From Sphyrna mokarran (lineage: Eukaryota), in assembly GCA_024679065.1 (NCBI GenBank), contig JAGIQG010000010.1, forward strand, positions 39,680,001-39,744,000: 64,000 nt of DNA, written 5' to 3'. The translations under genes were made by a program, and so were the position numbers. How positions within the stretch are numbered: the stretch's first letter is position 1; the number at the start of each line of letters is the position of its first letter. The notes beneath the pieces were generated by a model. That model did no database searches, was not told where the DNA came from, and saw only the letters and a program-made list of their open reading frames with translations. Shown here in pieces: positions 60,980 through 64,000 of this stretch.

Positions 60980-63900
60980 AATGATCTTGCTTTCTTCAAT
61001 GTTTTGTTGGAAGAAATTTCTGCTCATCCGGCATCAAATGTTAGCCAAGTAGTTGACAACTTAGTGAGTATGATAATTGTTAATAACTTGGTGATGGTGA
61101 GGAAGAGCTGGTTATCAGTGTGTGTAAAAATAGATGTTGTGGTTTTGAATGATATTGCTGGGGGGGGGTGGGCAGTATGTAGAACAGAAATGGGAGGGAA
61201 TCACAAATAGAGCCTTGGGGAACATCACAGCCAAAGGTGTGAGGGAAAGACGATGATACATGACTCAGGTTTATTTTGTAGAGAGCTGTTGATTAATTGC
61301 TGCTCAGGCAAAAGAATCATGGATTACTGTCTGATGTGTTTCTTGTCAACTTTAACACAGGTTGGATAGAATTTGATGCTCCCTGGGGAGTGGGCTGGTA
61401 AGTGGGTGGGGAGATAAGATTGTGAAGAGCTCATCAGCTTCCCGACTCCCCTCAATCAAGAATCAGGAATGTCTTCCCGGCTAGAGACCAGTTGACACCC
61501 TCAAATGGCCATTTAAGGGCCTTAGCTGGCTACTGCTGGCATTCAGCTAGTGGTGAAGGTGGTGGAGAAAATAGTGCCATGTGGAACACACCTCAGTGGG
61601 CATCCCTGTCACCTTGTGGAGAGACTTGCTGGCCAGGGTTAAGGCTTTCCTGACTGGCCCAGTGATGTTGCCCCATTGGCTTGTACTCCAGGTCTCCAGT
61701 GATAATGTTAATTCTTGGACTTCCTGCAGTACTGGCATTGGCCACTGGTCCCATGGATATGTAGCCAGCATTGGAGAAAGGAGTGGCCTTGGATATCCAT
61801 CCTTTAGGAGACATTCCTGGGGAAAATATATCCTGACGGAATCACATATCCCAATGGCAACTAGCAGGCTGCCTAACTGGGACTTAATTCCAAAATAAAA
61901 TGGCTGTGGTGGGGTTGCCACTGGCTCTCTAGTTGGCGGACAGTGACATTGCTGTGACTGAATGTGATTTTACCACCTCACCGCACCCAGTGTGAAGTGT
62001 GACTGAGAGACCAGCATGGTACACCCCATTTTCCTTATTGTTACAACACCTGGAATTTTTTTCACTAAATTGCACTCATTGACTAGGGTCTAATCTTGCT
62101 CAAGAGGCTGGCATCAGGGGGTCAGAGGGCATGTGTTGATCACCCAGTATGCTGAGAAGTCAAATGACATGCTCCTCATCTATCCCCTATTGTCAGCCCC
62201 AACACCCCTTGCCCACTGCCCAGACATCGCTGCACCCGACTCCCACCCCTTCCCTCCAACTTTGCCACCTCTGCCCCTGATCTCCCAGAGACTTCAATGA
62301 CCACCAGTGAAGCCATCACATTAGGTTGTGATTGCTGGGGACCATATGTGATCCCATGAGTGGGAACCTTCATTGGGGAGGTCAGAAATTCAAATGAACC
62401 AAGGCAATTGTGTTCCAGGCTTGCTAAATGGATTTAAATAACCTCATAAATTATGTCAGAAGAAATGGCCTGGGAAAATTGCAACCAATTGGACATGATT
62501 CCCATTTTTGGCCTCCTGCTTAAATTTCCTGCCCTGCTAGGCAACTCAACAAGGGCAAATCACGCCTGACATGTCTGAACTTTTTTTATTAGAAGCAGCA
62601 ACTCTTTTAAACATTAGGATGGACACTTCTACGTGGATATAGTATATCTACATAATTAAAGTGATTATTCAGGTCTGAAATTAAAGCATTTTAAGCTATG
62701 CCTGAGGAAGAAGACATGTTTTTCCATTTATAATAAATAGTTTCAGGCAGATGTTCCTTTGAATTTTGCAGTAGTGCCTGTAGTCAGCCATTAGATGGTG
62801 ACTTATAAAGAAGTTACCTAAAGTTGTAGTCAAAATCAATTACCGACTGTATTTCCCATTCACATTAATCTTAGTAGCCAGTTGATTGTTGCCCATAGCA
62901 CTAGAATAGCAAACCATCAGTGTGGCTGAGTTAAATGATTGCTGCTAAAGATTTTAACATATTTTTCAGCCATTAAAGCAACCATTTCATTTTTCTCTGA
63001 AATGTTTTCATGAAAATTGTGCTTTAAAGGGCAAAGTAATGAAAATTGCTTGTGAAAGATTGGGGAATTATATCATTTAAATTGTAAGCCAGACTATAGA
63101 TGTTGCTTTTCAAATTGTTCTTTTTTTTAATCAATCATTCTTAAATTGATAACCTTTGAGAAGTTCCAAGTCACGGAGTTCTGAATCATATGCAAGATTA
63201 TGCTGTTGATTTTCAAAATAATAAGTGCAATGACAACTAATCATCATGTCTGACTGAAATGACTATTTTTCTAGAAGTTTGCATCAATATAATATTTCAT
63301 CATGGCATCAGATACTTACATACAAGATTCAGTAATTCACTCAAAATATACAACTCTTGCCATTCATACCTCTGCGTGTTATCATGCTACCATATATATT
63401 CTTTCTATTGTACATAGTCATTAAAAGGTATATATCTAATTGATTTCCTCAGATTGTCTGTTGATAGAATGTGGTTTTTAGTGCTTATACATACACCACC
63501 TGCTTTTAGTTATTTTCGAGTCAGTTAGGCTGCCCATATTGGTAAGTGCCAGGTACAGCAGCTGTGAGTGGGAGGAATACACTGACAGAAAAGAAACAGA
63601 TGCAGAAAATAGATAACATCAGTTTAAGTAGTAAGAGAGACAGAAGATAAAGGAAACGGCACTAAACATGGTGACAAAAAGATCAGAAATAAGACGGCAG
63701 GTTTGCTTCAGAAAAAGGGCAAAGTGGCCAGAGTCAAAGAAACATAATAACTTTTGTTTTTCATTTACATTTTTTATCCAAAGAGGAACTTCTCCAGGAG
63801 GAACTTTGAAATATATAGTCATTATCACATTGCTGTTATTGTTAAATCTTTTACATGCGCCTATGTTGGTTGATGGCTGTAATACTTAATCTTTTAACTG

Positions 63901-64000
63901 AGTGTTGCACAGTGGTTTAACATCTCATCTGAAAGATAGTAGCTCCCTGAAATTGGCATTGAGTTGCATAATTTATTTAAAATCTGTTTTAAATACAATT

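Overview
Repeat-dense vertebrate genomic DNA, most likely from a shark or other elasmobranch (inferred from HE1-type V-SINEs, SacSINE1-like Deu-SINEs, abundant CR1, Penelope and Rex1 elements, and GGGC-terminated MITEs). I found no intact host protein-coding gene or convincing exon. The window looks like a gene desert or a very large intron. Recognisable content: a decayed histone H2B-variant pseudogene (287-535, -) cut by a CR1 insertion; many CR1 LINE fragments; two copies of a CR1 that carries a V-SINE-like module in its 3' UTR; a young 5'-truncated Penelope element (RT thumb + GIY-YIG, hammerhead-like motif, 12-bp TSD) nested in a Rex1 LINE; RTE and L2 fragments; a fossil PIF/Harbinger transposase with a convergent accessory-ORF remnant; and several Harbinger-like MITEs, one carrying a 1.7-kb minisatellite. 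Several repeat-free, homeodomain/POU-motif-rich blocks look like conserved non-coding enhancers. I cannot support a wholly new biological system from this sequence. The best leads are the CR1/V-SINE composite, the H2B-variant relic and the CpG-preserved domain at about 29.6-31.8 kb. Family names come from recalled motifs, not database searches. Repeat boundaries are approximate unless a TSD or TIR is quoted.
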